64,000 nt of DNA from Lingula anatina (lineage: Eukaryota > Animalia > Brachiopoda), in assembly GCA_051362555.1 (NCBI GenBank), contig CM120641.1, positions 30,262,401-30,326,400 of the forward strand, in the 5' to 3' direction. A model generated the notes under the pieces. That model saw only the letters and a list, made by a program, of their open reading frames with translations. It was not told the DNA's origin and did no database searches. The position numbers were made by a program, and so were the translations under genes. Every line of letters starts with the position of its first letter. The first letter of the stretch is position 1. This document shows, one piece after another, positions 52,792 through 64,000 of this stretch.

Positions 52792-55163
52792 TGCCCTGGT
52801 AGAGGGTAGTTTACATCAAGGTTCAAAGCAAATAGGAAAAATGCAGCAAATGCCAACATTTGCATAGATGTTCTTATAAAACCATCTAGTTCTGTAAAAG
52901 ATCTGGTAGTTACCCTCAATGAAAATGGCACTGTGTGGGGAAGCATGTATCTGAATGTGTAAATCAGCATCTTATGCACATTGGAAAAGTAAGAAAAGTG
53001 TTTTATAACAGAACCACTGAAAAATTAGTAAATACATTTAAAAAAATCATCAAGATAAGATTACTGCAAGTCTCCTCTTTGGTACATGTGACTATCAGAT
53101 TAAAAAAATTAATTACAAGTTATTCAAAACTCGGCTGCAAAACTGGTTTGTCAAATAAAGTGCAATAGTGCACATCATATAACTCCTATTCTGAAAGGAT
53201 TACAATGGCTGCCATTGAAGCCATCCAGCTAGCAGTCTCAGTTGTCCCGCTATGTTCTGGAAGTTTCAGTTGTCCTGCCATGATGCTGGCAGTCACACTT
53301 GTCTTGCCATGTTTTGGCCGTCTCTGTTGTCCTGCCATGCTGCTTGCAGCCTTGGTTATCCTGTGATGCTCAAATTAGAAAACCAGTTCTATAGGATTAT
53401 CTTTTTTTCATTAAATTTATAATATTTTTGAAATATTTTCATTTTTCTTATTCTGGCATTTTCAAAGTGTGTACTTGAACTCTCAATAGCCTGAACCTTT
53501 TGGTTGTTTCACATTTTATTAAAATCAGTTTTATCTGTTGTGCATTTTTCAGGGAGTGGTTACAAGGCAGCAAGAGAACTGGTATAGACCTGTCATTCAG
53601 GATTAATTAGTGATTCATGTCTACATGTAGATGTCTTACCAGTACACCTGTGGCAGAGTATCCCAGAATGGACCTTTTTCTGACAAAAAGGGCAGTTCTT
53701 TCGAACCCCTGAACCCCCCTGGCTACAGGCCTGCTACCTGACAGCAGCAGCCAGCAAACAAAGCCACGTGTTATCCTTTCCACCTAACTTAACTGCAGGC
53801 AATCCGTCAATAGAGAGTGCAGTGAAAAAATTACAAATGGTTTTAAATTAATATTTAATATGTAGTATGCATTTTCAACTGAGAACAAAATTATTAAAGG
53901 CATTTCTTCATCTGAATCATAAATGGTACCAGACAGTACCAGAAGCGATATACTGTTTATACTATACTGTTAATATTCCTGTTTACATTCCTCCAATGAA
54001 ATGTAGATTATGTATTTGTAAAAAAACACATCAACTTATTAGCTCTTGGTAGTTTTCATGCAGCCTGGTTTTGGTTAAAATAAAAATTTTCCTCGTGTAC
54101 TCTTAAATATGAATCTGTACTTAAGTGTGAAACTGAGTGATCCTGATGACCACAGTGTACAGCTCTTCATATCTTTTGTGATCTTATGTGGGCAGTTTGC
54201 CTCTATGACATATACTAGTATATATATATGAACAATGAACAGTTCACTTAATATTGTGATGCTCATATAGACCAATATATATCTTGATCATAAAGTTTGT
54301 TTATTGTTTACATTGCATAATTTAGTCTTTTACAAAGCATTTTTCTGTTTTTTTGTTTTTTTTTTGCTTGCAGTAATGAATAAACTTAGAATAGTTATCA
54401 TTGAAAGGAACATATTGATGGTTGTTTTCTTTGTCATTTCCTGGGTAATGTATGAAATGGCAGTTTGCACTATTTAACACACATTGGTACTGTAGTGAAG
54501 ATGTAGATGGCATCCTATTCAAATTGATTATTTTTTATACCACTTGGGTACAGTCTTCTGTTGAGCATTTTTGCAATTCGAGTGTTTAGAAACACTTCTG
54601 TGGATTTTTAGTTGATTTCTCTTTAACAATCTCCAAACAGTGAAGGGAAACATGGAAGGAAGCAATTATTGCAAGTATTTTTTGTTTGAAATGAAATGCA
54701 GTTTTAGTATAGCCCGGAGCCAGTGGCTCATATGACAGTTACTTAGGAAAATATTAGATTTGGCCTAATATTTGGCGGATAGCTCTAAGAAAAAATGGTG
54801 GGAGAAGAAGGCATTGAGACAGGTAAGATGTACATATGTTTATACAATGACCAGTTGATTTATATACTAATAAATTCAAAAAGACGATACAGCATATGCT
54901 TCAGTTACATCTTATACCCCAAAGGAATGTTCGTGTATCAATTTCACTGAGTATTTTCTGAAGTTACATTCGTCTTCCAAAATGGCTGCACACAAAGCGG
55001 CATTGTAACTGTGTTTTTTAATTGTGCCAAATGTAGATGGACTTTTTCCTTTGTCTGTTCAGGTTTTTCCATAGTGTGACATTCATTTTTGAACATATAA
55101 AATTTTTGAGCACTGACCAAACCTGTAACTTGGTGGTTTTCGATATTTCCAACGAGGTTTATA

Positions 55164-55698
55164 TACTGACAGTCGATGAAAACGCATCAGAAAACTTTCT
55201 TGTACTTTTGTACTCTTGTACTTTTACCTAGAATTGATTCCAACCATATAAACGAGTACAGATGCACGTATTTGGTCAAAAGAGTGGGCTGACCACTCGG
55301 GTGTTTAAAATTTCCACTTTATTGATTTTGTGGTCAGCTGTTACAAAATTATGTGTTTTTCCTGTTTCGTGATTGGTGTGAATTAATCAGGTTCAATATA
55401 TGGTGATTAATTAAGCCTATTTAAGGTAGTCACCAAATCCAGTATGACACATGCCAAAAAAAGTAATGTGATGCCACGTCTGACACTGGAAGAGCGACTG
55501 GGGATGCTGGAGGCTGGGCGGAACCAAAGAGATTTGATCACGTGACCTTGCATTTTAATGATCTTTTCTGATCTTTATTTCACCTTGTGTGACTGAATAA
55601 TGGGTTATATTTCACACGAAAACTTATTTTCTTAATGTGCCAAAGGAACTTAAATGCTATTCGAAAAGTAAATGATGCGTTTTCATTGACTATCAGTA
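55164..55698 (+). mobile_element. Internally deleted Tc1/mariner element
   Basis: TIR tactga(c/t)agtc(g/a)atgaaaacgcatca, TA TSD, and a residual transposase start MPRLTLEERLGMLEAGRNQRD at 55471. Confidence 0.85.
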
Positions 55699-55934
55699 TA
55701 TTTAGCGTATACAGTACGTAATCAATCTTTTTTTTTTTTTTTTTTTTTAGTGCTAGAGTATCTGCTGGATGTGTCAACAAAACTGTGGTTCTTTAGTTAG
55801 GAGAACAGATCCTAATGCTTTTGAGAATATGGCATCGTACATTACATGTATGCATTGTTTTTTTGCCATAACTTTATTTTTGTCTTGCAAGTTGACTGCT
55901 ATATATGCTCTCTTTCTCTCTCTTCACACACAAA

Positions 55935-55969
<35 letters not shown>

Positions 55970-58900
55970 GCGTACACATGGCTTATTAGTTTGTGAAAGA
56001 AAATTGTTTCATGAAATAAAAACCTTATATTTGTAAAACTATTCCTTTGTTTTAAGTTACAAATGTTGTGTATTTTGTGAAACAAAATGTACCAGTACAA
56101 TAATTAGTGTGGTAGTTGTGAACACTAATTTGTAGACATGTACCCCAGTATGTATTTTCTACCAGCTTTATTACCAAGATAGTGATTTATTATTTATATT
56201 GATTTTAGTGTGCGTGTTGTTGTGTGTGTGGAAAGACATTTGCAGTTAGAAAAGTGTTATGTTACTTTTTAATTTGATATTTTTCTAGGCTTGAAGAACA
56301 TGAATGGGACCAGGATTAATCATTTTGCCATTCCTTGGCCTGCAATTATTATGACAGAAGCACCTATCATTTCCAAATGCTGTGTAGCATTGAGCACCGT
56401 CACAACCTCTGACATTCTTTTAAGAGATAGAAAATATTTTTGTGCTGTGCTAGCTGATGCTAATAATAATAATATTTATTGATCATCAGTATAACTAGTT
56501 TGTCATATTATTTTACGGGTAGGTTTGCACCATGCACCAAAAGTAGGGTATATTAAGTTTAATGTGCAAGCTTTTGCATACATGACGTGGCGTGTAGACA
56601 AAAATTATTCTTATAAAAATAAAAAAGTTATTTCAAATGCAAATATGGATTGGTACAGGAATAACTTGGTGTTGGTGAGAAAAGAACTGCTGACCTTGGG
56701 TAAATTTATAAAATATTATTTGTTAAAATTGGTCCTGTTTTTAAAAGTGGGTGGTGTGTTTGTTGGCTAACTGTATATGTACTGATCTAGATGTGTAAAA
56801 TAAATCACCATATCAATGTTGCGAAAATAAAGCATAACACTTTTTGCCACAAATCTGCATGTATATTTGCAAAGCTTTAATCCCTGTTGGCTGTCACAAT
56901 ATTGATGCTTTGTTGACTCATGTTATAAAAGTTGCTCATATGTAAAAAATTTATAAATTGAGTCAATTGATAAAAAGTACTCATTTGTTTTTTGTCTTTT
57001 CATAAAAAGAAACTCATCAATCCGCCTCGTGTAATAGATAAATGCTTATTTACAAAGAAAAAAATGAGATAATTATATTTTCATTTTTCCCATTCTTCCT
57101 GTGCAAGTTTTGTTTGTCTATATAGACAATATTGTGCGAAGAATAATCCAAAACGAAGCTAGATTAGAATGTACTAAGTCAAAACGAGGCTGGCACATGG
57201 ATATTGCAAGTACGACTTTTTCCTGCATACTCTGCTGTGAATTGATTTGTGCCAATGCTGGATGAAGGTAAAGTTCCTTACATGTTTACATTGACATGAA
57301 GCTGAATAAATTTGCCACAACTTGCTGTAATTTAAAATTCCGACCTGTTCTCTAAGAATGCAAGCACTGGAGATAAAGTTAAATTTCCGTACATAACGAA
57401 ACTCTTATATCCTAAATAGCGAGATATTCCACCTTTTCTGACATCCTATAAATCACAAAAAAATTTCCCATTTCAAAAATCTATAACTTCCGGGTTTTTT
57501 TTTTTTTTAAACCACCTAGCGGCAGACCGGTGGGTCCCGGGCTGGTAATGTTTTTTTATATAAATTTTTAATGGTATACTTTTCTTAGCTTCAAAACATT
57601 TCAAGTATAAATGCTTCTGACACTACAATAGGCCTATTAATTCAATAATACTTATTTTTGAAGTGTATTTTTTCATTGCCAACAAATTACATTAGGCCCT
57701 ACATGTTTTTAAACAGCTGCACTGGCTTTAAGTTAGAGCACCGGTCTTACTTTAAATTTAAGCTATTGTTCATACAATATTTTACCAGTCACCCAGTCCT
57801 TACTGTACTAAGTCCAAAAGTATTTTCTAAATGGTAACTTAAGATCATTTAATAAATAACTTCTTACACCATGTAAATAACCGAATTTGTCTTGAAATAA
57901 TAGCAAAAAATACATCTTTTCTGTCAATATTGTTCTAACTCCCGGTTTTTATTATCAGTTCATGGTTTGTCATTCTTAATTTGCAGAGTATAATTTATCT
58001 TGATCTCCCAGTGTTAGTGTGTGTGTCGTTCAAATTCACAATATATTTAAATATGTGTACCACAGGCGGTACAAATAACCGCCAACCTCTGCATAGTTAC
58101 TGTAGGCCTACTCCCGCTCCACCAAGCATTTTCCTCAGCTAGCCTATGGCCCAGAAGATATAATTATAAAGAGGGCCTTTTTTTAAAAAACCATATCGGT
58201 CAAAAAACATGTTATTCGTGATGAGACAAAAAAAAAAAAAAAAAAACTGAAGCAACTCTGCTTGTACCTATGTAAATTGTATCGAATTCCGGGCTGTTGT
58301 GCAAATGGACCAAATTTATCCAGAGTGGACATTTTCCCAGCAAACAGAGTTATTTCGAACAGCTCGACCCACCCCACCCCCACCCACCCAACTTGGCTAC
58401 GAACCCGATTATGGGTACTGATACCTAAAATAGTTGAGATTCGGATTTTGTCTTCGGAAGGTGGAACATTAAGTTCAAAATAAACGTTATCTTATTCATT
58501 TATCTTTTCATCACCATCACTGGAGGATCCAGTTAAGGTGCAAATAACCTGCAGCTGACGTGTTAGCCTCTCTTCCTTTCTTTTCCTCTGGATTTTCCTG
58601 TAGTCAGTCCCCAAGAAGAACACCACAAGCGTCACAAATAACCTGGCAGCTAGTGTACATGTAGGCCTTGATCAGCTCCAGTGATTTCAGCCATCGCCCC
58701 TGTGGATATCCAAGCGCATTTTGGTTTTTGTCGCGAGTACCAAACATGAAATAAACGGTGTAATAACATAGGGATATTTGTTCTTAACTACAACATTTTC
58801 CTTTGAGTCAGGAGAGCGCTGGTGAACGAAGTGCTGCACATAGCTGCTACAAGGGAGGACTCTAGTCAAATGTTGCATTTTCTTAAATTAAAAGAAACAT

Positions 58901-59061
58901 CTTGAAAAAACAAAGAATATTTTTAAGATTTGGCATTGACTCTTTGTATTTAGACCCCCTAAAAAAATACTGCAGGCAATGCCGAACTTTCTCCATTCTT
59001 AGTTCACACAGCTGTACTCGCCTAGTGTAGAAATGGCACATGAAATACAACTATGTACCTC

Positions 59062-59230
59062 ACGTGGAGAAGGCCGTGGGGAGGGGCAGGGACGTGGGGA
59101 GGGGCAGGGACGTGGAGAAGGTCGTGGGGAAGGGCAGGGACGTGGAGAAGGCCGTGGGGAGGGGCAGGGACGTGGAGAAGGCCGTGGGGAGGGGCAGGGA
59201 CTTGGAGAAGGCCCCGGGGAGGGGCGGGGT
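59062..59230 (+). repeat. G-rich 30-bp minisatellite
   Basis: acgtggagaaggccgtggggaggggcaggg, about 5 copies with an 18-bp sub-duplication. Confidence 0.9.
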
Positions 59231-60563
59231 GCGGTCAATACACACTCTTTACATCAGGCTTTGAGTTTTTAATGATGGTAATGGGTCAGTCTTGGCTGTT
59301 TACATGTTTGTCGGACAATCCCTTCAAGACAACCCCCACCTTCTCAGAAAAAATACTCTGGTTTTGAATTATCTATATTATACATCTGTTTCATTAAAAC
59401 ATTTCTTGTTTATCCACCTCTGCCTGAAGACAGAATTTTATTAAAAACAGGCATTTATAATTTTTCTCAATATGATATTTTCATTCTCATTATTATATTC
59501 ATTACAGGGGGAATGTCCGGGAGGGGGAGGGGGGGTCCTGATTACCTAGATAGATTTTTGAGCTCTAAGATTATCTAAAGACGAGGATGAATAAGAATAT
59601 TTGAAGCTTTTTTTTTTCAAATAATACGTCCATGAAATTTTTGGGAAGACAAGGATTAAGAAATTTTAGTTAACTTATCAACTTTATCATTTATGACAGC
59701 AGTTTCAATAAAATTTTTGTGCAGCGTATGTGCAAATGAAGCGTTCCGCGTGTTTCGACAGTGATTTCCTTGGTAGATACACAGCGTGGTGAGCTGCCGA
59801 GTTCTATTAGTCTGTGGTTTGGGACAAGTTGAAGGCAGAATCCATGGACATGATCCCAGAGCTGCGGTTATCTGTCGCTGGGATCGTGAACTAAACGTTA
59901 TCTGAAAAAGACATGGAAACAAAACTTACAATTCTGCTGATACACACCATTATTCAATCTTGCGTTTTAATTGATCTAGTTCGGTGTTTCGAATATTATA
60001 TAGTATTGAAAATATGCAGTTTCGGACAAAGTTCACAATTTCACACCTGTTTTAATCCAGACACGAAGTCTATTTTTCGAGAAAAGAACACCAACCAATT
60101 TGTAAATATACATACAAATGAACAATCTGTTTTAATAAGGGTAATGTGCCATTAGTCTGCGGTGTTTCGCTTCTGATGATGTCTCAACCATGATTGTGAC
60201 GGACTCCACAAATATCACCGAGTTGTGTTAGTGAAGGCTGAACGTAAGGCGAGAAGTGGGGGGCGGGGCGGGGGGGGGGGGGGGTACCTCCCTCTTGTGG
60301 TGTACGGCAGATAGCATGTGCGTGCATTTCAATGATTGGAGTGTTTGAAGGGGAATGTGGTGGGGTGGGGAGGATAACGGGGATGGATGTAGGAGAGAGG
60401 AAGGGAGACATACAAAAAGGTCAGTTCGTTACAACAGTCGACCTCACGGGGAACAGATATCCTCAAGCTGTCCCCGACAGCACGTTGAGTCTAAGAGATT
60501 TCTGGAAACTCACCTCAGCATACCTCTGGAACGATGTAAGTTGTAGAACCAGTAGGCCTACAT

Positions 60564-60700
60564 GTAGTAGTTGTAGTACAGTGTAGTAGGACTATATGAT
60601 GTAGTAGTAGTAGTAGTAGTAATAGTTGTAGTAGTAGTAGTACACCATGTAGTAGTAGTAGTAGTAGTAGCAGTAGTAGTAGTAGTTGTAGTTGTAGTAT
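60564..60700. repeat. (GTA)n degenerate microsatellite
   Basis: Directly visible. Confidence 0.95.
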
Positions 60701-60783
60701 AGAAGACAATAATAATAATTACTGACAAAGGCTGTATATCAGTAATACTCACAAACACGTGGCTGTGAATACAATACAGTTAA

Positions 60784-61350
60784 TGCCCCTATTTCACACA
60801 GACCACGAATCGCCAGGAGTTGACAAATTTCAGGATTCGTGGTTGAATCGTAAACAGTAATGAGTTCGTGAAGTTCTCAACAGATTCGTATATATTCGCA
60901 ATCAGTTCTTGCAATTCTTGACCAACAAGAATTCGTGGCAAAAACTTTGATGCCCCTATTTCACACAGACCACGAATCCCACGAATCGCCAGGAATTGAC
61001 AAATTTTTAGGATCCGTGGATGAATCGTAATCAGTTCGTGGAGTTCTTAACAGATTTGTATATAATCGTAGTCAGTTCTTGGAATTCTTGATCAATCGGG
61101 AAAAATGTTCAAAATGTTCAAAAATTTGGCCACGATCTCCCGATTCCAAAAAAATCATAGTGAATTCTTGACAATATTCGTGCGATTCCACCCGAATCCC
61201 ACGAATATTCGTAACACTACCGCACCTGTATCGTAACTGAATCGTAGAGCGTGTCGAATTAGGCCAGAAAATTTGCAAAATCTCACGAATCCTCACGAAT
61301 CCTGAAATTTGTCGATTCGTGGGATTCGTGGTCTGTGTGAAATAGGGGAA
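60784..61350. mobile_element. Harbinger-like MITE with duplicated left end, TSD TAA
   Basis: TIR cccctatttcacacagaccacgaat at 60786 and again at 60953; reverse complement ends at 61348; absent from the paralog at ~1560. Confidence 0.85.
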
Positions 61351-63077
61351 TAAATACAGTTAAACAAACCAAATGATCAATGTGCGGATCTCGTTACATC
61401 ACGCTTATATCATACAGCAACAAGGAGACAAATTACCTCTAAATCAGAAAGCTCATTTTTCGGACTTTGTTGTAGCACGTATTAGTAATAGTAAACACAG
61501 AGTATATTTAACCCTGGAATTTAACTTAAAATGTGTAAAAGACCGATTTCGCACACACACATACATAAACATAAAAATAAATAAATAAATAAATAAATAG
61601 ATAAATTACATAAGACCAAAACATTTAGAAATTGCACGCATAATTCCCCGACAAATATAGTTAATTTTTTTTCAAATATCCAATCTTGGGTTACATTTGT
61701 GGTACATGCAATGTCCGTATGGTGTCCTTGCATTACCCATATGCTACTCGTGGGGCATCCGTTACGTTCGCGATCCGAGCGAGACGAAAAGGCAATTTTT
61801 ATATCATCATTGGGAGATCGTCCGCGATGTAAGCAAGAATGAAATGCAATTTTCATATTAGTTCAAGGTATTTAGGGAACTTCGTTCGCGGAAGATCGTC
61901 AGCGGGAGATGGTTCGCGATCCTTGCTAGACGAAAAGGCAATTTTCACATCTTCACCGGGTGATTGTTCGCGATGTAAGCAATAATAAAATGCAGTTTTC
62001 ATATTAGTTCAAGGAACTTAAATTGCGGAAGATCGTCAACGGGAGATCATTATATTTTAACACCCTGTAAATTTTTAGGAAGTGACAGATGGTAATTTTA
62101 GAAGGCCTGACACTCAATCCTGGGAAAAGCCCTGCATGCAACAAACGTTCCCAAGTGCGTAATTTTTTTAACATGTCGCGTCCAGGTTATGATGCAAGGT
62201 TGCAATTAGGCTTATCTTGATCCTTCTCCTCCGAGAAAATAATTCTCAACATGTTTTCGGGTACAGTAAGTTAAATGTAACTTAATCGAGATTCACTAAT
62301 AAATAGATTATTATTTACCACCAGAAAATGACTTAGGAAGTAGTAATAAATATCCCACCATATAGGAGGGTCAAAGATAACAGTCGCTAAGGATAAAAGC
62401 CCAAAGGCCGGATTTTTGAAAATTTCGTCATACCCTGGAGTCGGGGAGAGGTAATTTTGAAAAATTAGTCGGATTTACACAATTAAAAATATTAATTAAT
62501 TTTTAAGCGACGAAATTTTCAAGACTTTACCGTAACTTCAAGGTCATGTGGGAGAAATGGTACGGCGCCCGTACCGAACGTAAGCATGCTAGTCCATAGA
62601 CACTTACAGTACAAAAATAAGGAAAATTAATTTCTATTTCATCGTACGGCGTCTGTGAAAAATGTAACCTAAGCTTTAGTAGAACGTAAATCTTTACACC
62701 TAATGCTTTCGTTTATAGCCGTTTTAATCATTTTTATTATGGCAGGTGTGATTTTTTGCATTTTTGCCCAGAAATTGACTAGTTTCTGACAATAATGATG
62801 ATACCCTACACACACACACACATTAACAATCTCCGACATATGTTCTAAGATATTTTTGTGAAATTTAATCATCCGTAAAGATGTTCCTGCTCATAAATGA
62901 ATTATTTTGTTTTCCGATTTTATTTGTCTCAGATAAACCTGTTTTAAATATTTTTCTCTCCCCCTCCCTCTCTCGCTCGTTTTCTTAATCTTTGTTGCTA
63001 ACATAAAATATGTTCTCTTTCACCGTGAAGACATTTCATATGAGCAATCTCAGTAAATATGGGAAATGAGCCATAGG

Positions 63078-63216
63078 CTTCCCTCTACCAAGGCCGCAGT
63101 TATTATGCTGTGGATATTATTTGCTTTTACAGTACAGAGATAAGCCATCTGTTTAACCAGAGATGCATCTTTTAATATCTAGTGAAAAATCAAACTATGG
63201 CCCTGGTAGAGGGTAG
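63078..63216. mobile_element. Short copy of the CTACCCTC...GAGGGTAG MITE
   Basis: cttccctctaccaaggcc...ggccctggtagagggtag with flanks ccatagg / ccagagg; the paralogous copy at ~2284-2887 has lost its left TIR. Confidence 0.75.
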
Positions 63217-64000
63217 CCAGAGGCTGCGGTGTGTTGATTTTGATGCTGTCTCAACCATGATTGTGACGGACTCCACAAATATCAGCCAATTGTGTTTGTG
63301 AAGACATAACGCGAGACGGGGAGGGGGATGAAATGTTTATAAAGAAATTACCTAATAAATCAATGGAAATGAAAACATGCTAAATTAGATGTCGACGAAT
63401 CTTTAAGCAGAGAAAGTTGGATTAAAAGGAAATATGTTGAAATAAAACGGCACTAAAATGATGGGTGGAGGGTATGATGATGGTATAAAAGGTTTGGGAG
63501 AGTCGGGGAAATTGAGTTTTGAGAGCGTTCGGGTGTTTACTGGTGTCTTTTAACTTTAACACACCAGTTTATTCAAACTTTTGCAGCTTTTGTCTTTAAA
63601 AATCCCTGTAAAGATTATTTTTTAAATTTATGTAACCACCGTATGTTTCAGCTATAGTAATTCCTAAAGGTGAACTTAAAATACATGACGTCTATTTAGA
63701 AAGAGCGCCATTTCAAAAATCGCAGCCCTGGAAAATTAACTGGCAAAGCGTGAACGATACGAAAGGAACTAAAATTAAAATGGGCTAAAAATGGAACATA
63801 AACTGCCGACAGAATTTACTTGGAGTCAAAGTTTGCTATTTTTGAACTACACAAACTGTCAGCTTTAATTTTCACATCAAGTATGTTTGCTGACTTGCAC
63901 GAAATATTCACATTTTCATTTATGCACTGGGACCTATTTGCGTGACAATCCAGAATATATACATCAGAAAACATAAAACAGAAGTGGTAATGAATGAGCC

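Larger units (their letters stand above)
49049..52809. mobile_element. Unclassified MITE (CTACCCTC...GAGGGTAG), split by a hAT insertion
   Basis: TIR ctaccctc(t)acc(c)agggc / gccctggtagagggtag; tttacat duplicated; empty site ggtttacatcaa at ~45409. Confidence 0.8.
60740..63850 (+). repeat. Segmental duplication copy 2 (paralog of ~1520-3560)
   Basis: Same colinear blocks as copy 1; differs by copy-specific inserts and deletions. Confidence 0.9.

Noticed and set aside
58500-58880. Exon-like or THAP-like coding stretch
   Set aside because: Stops in all frames and no convincing motif.
58999-59367. Pro/Ser- or Gly/Arg-rich ORFs
   Set aside because: Artefact of the 30-bp minisatellite, open in five frames.
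60172-60241. Hammerhead ribozyme, SECIS or C/D snoRNA reading of the module
   Set aside because: CTGATGA lacks the GAAA partner, the SECIS stem pairs poorly, and the C/D boxes are not kept in the other three copies.
60515-60758. Poly-Leu and poly-Thr ORFs
   Set aside because: Translations of the (GTA)n microsatellite.
42830-62134. Facing cagggcttttcccagg termini suggesting one 19-kb hAT
   Set aside because: The flanks share no TSD; more likely independent MITE ends.

Overview
AT-rich animal DNA, probably a lophotrochozoan such as a mollusc (inferred from the TE and microsatellite repertoire). I find no intact host protein-coding gene: the window is a dense, nested set of mobile elements. 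It holds a disrupted env/F-like fusion glycoprotein fragment (1-1083), an RT-deleted Copia element with 158-bp LTRs (4651-7438), two LINE RT relics, a probable Penelope relic, three Helentron-associated (HINE-like) elements, a degenerate intron-containing ZNF862-like hAT transposon (49476-52791), and several MITEs with readable TIRs and TSDs. One HINE complex (about 19.9-42.3 kb) contains a Harbinger-like element that itself carries Sola2-like and Academ-like inserts, plus a second HINE with a 146-bp satellite. A 28/29-bp satellite builds a 173-bp higher-order repeat. The two window ends (about 1.5-3.6 kb and 60.7-63.9 kb) are paralogous, and an unexplained, conserved ~60-bp structured module occurs four times in and next to them. 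All family assignments come from motif recognition by eye; no searches were run.
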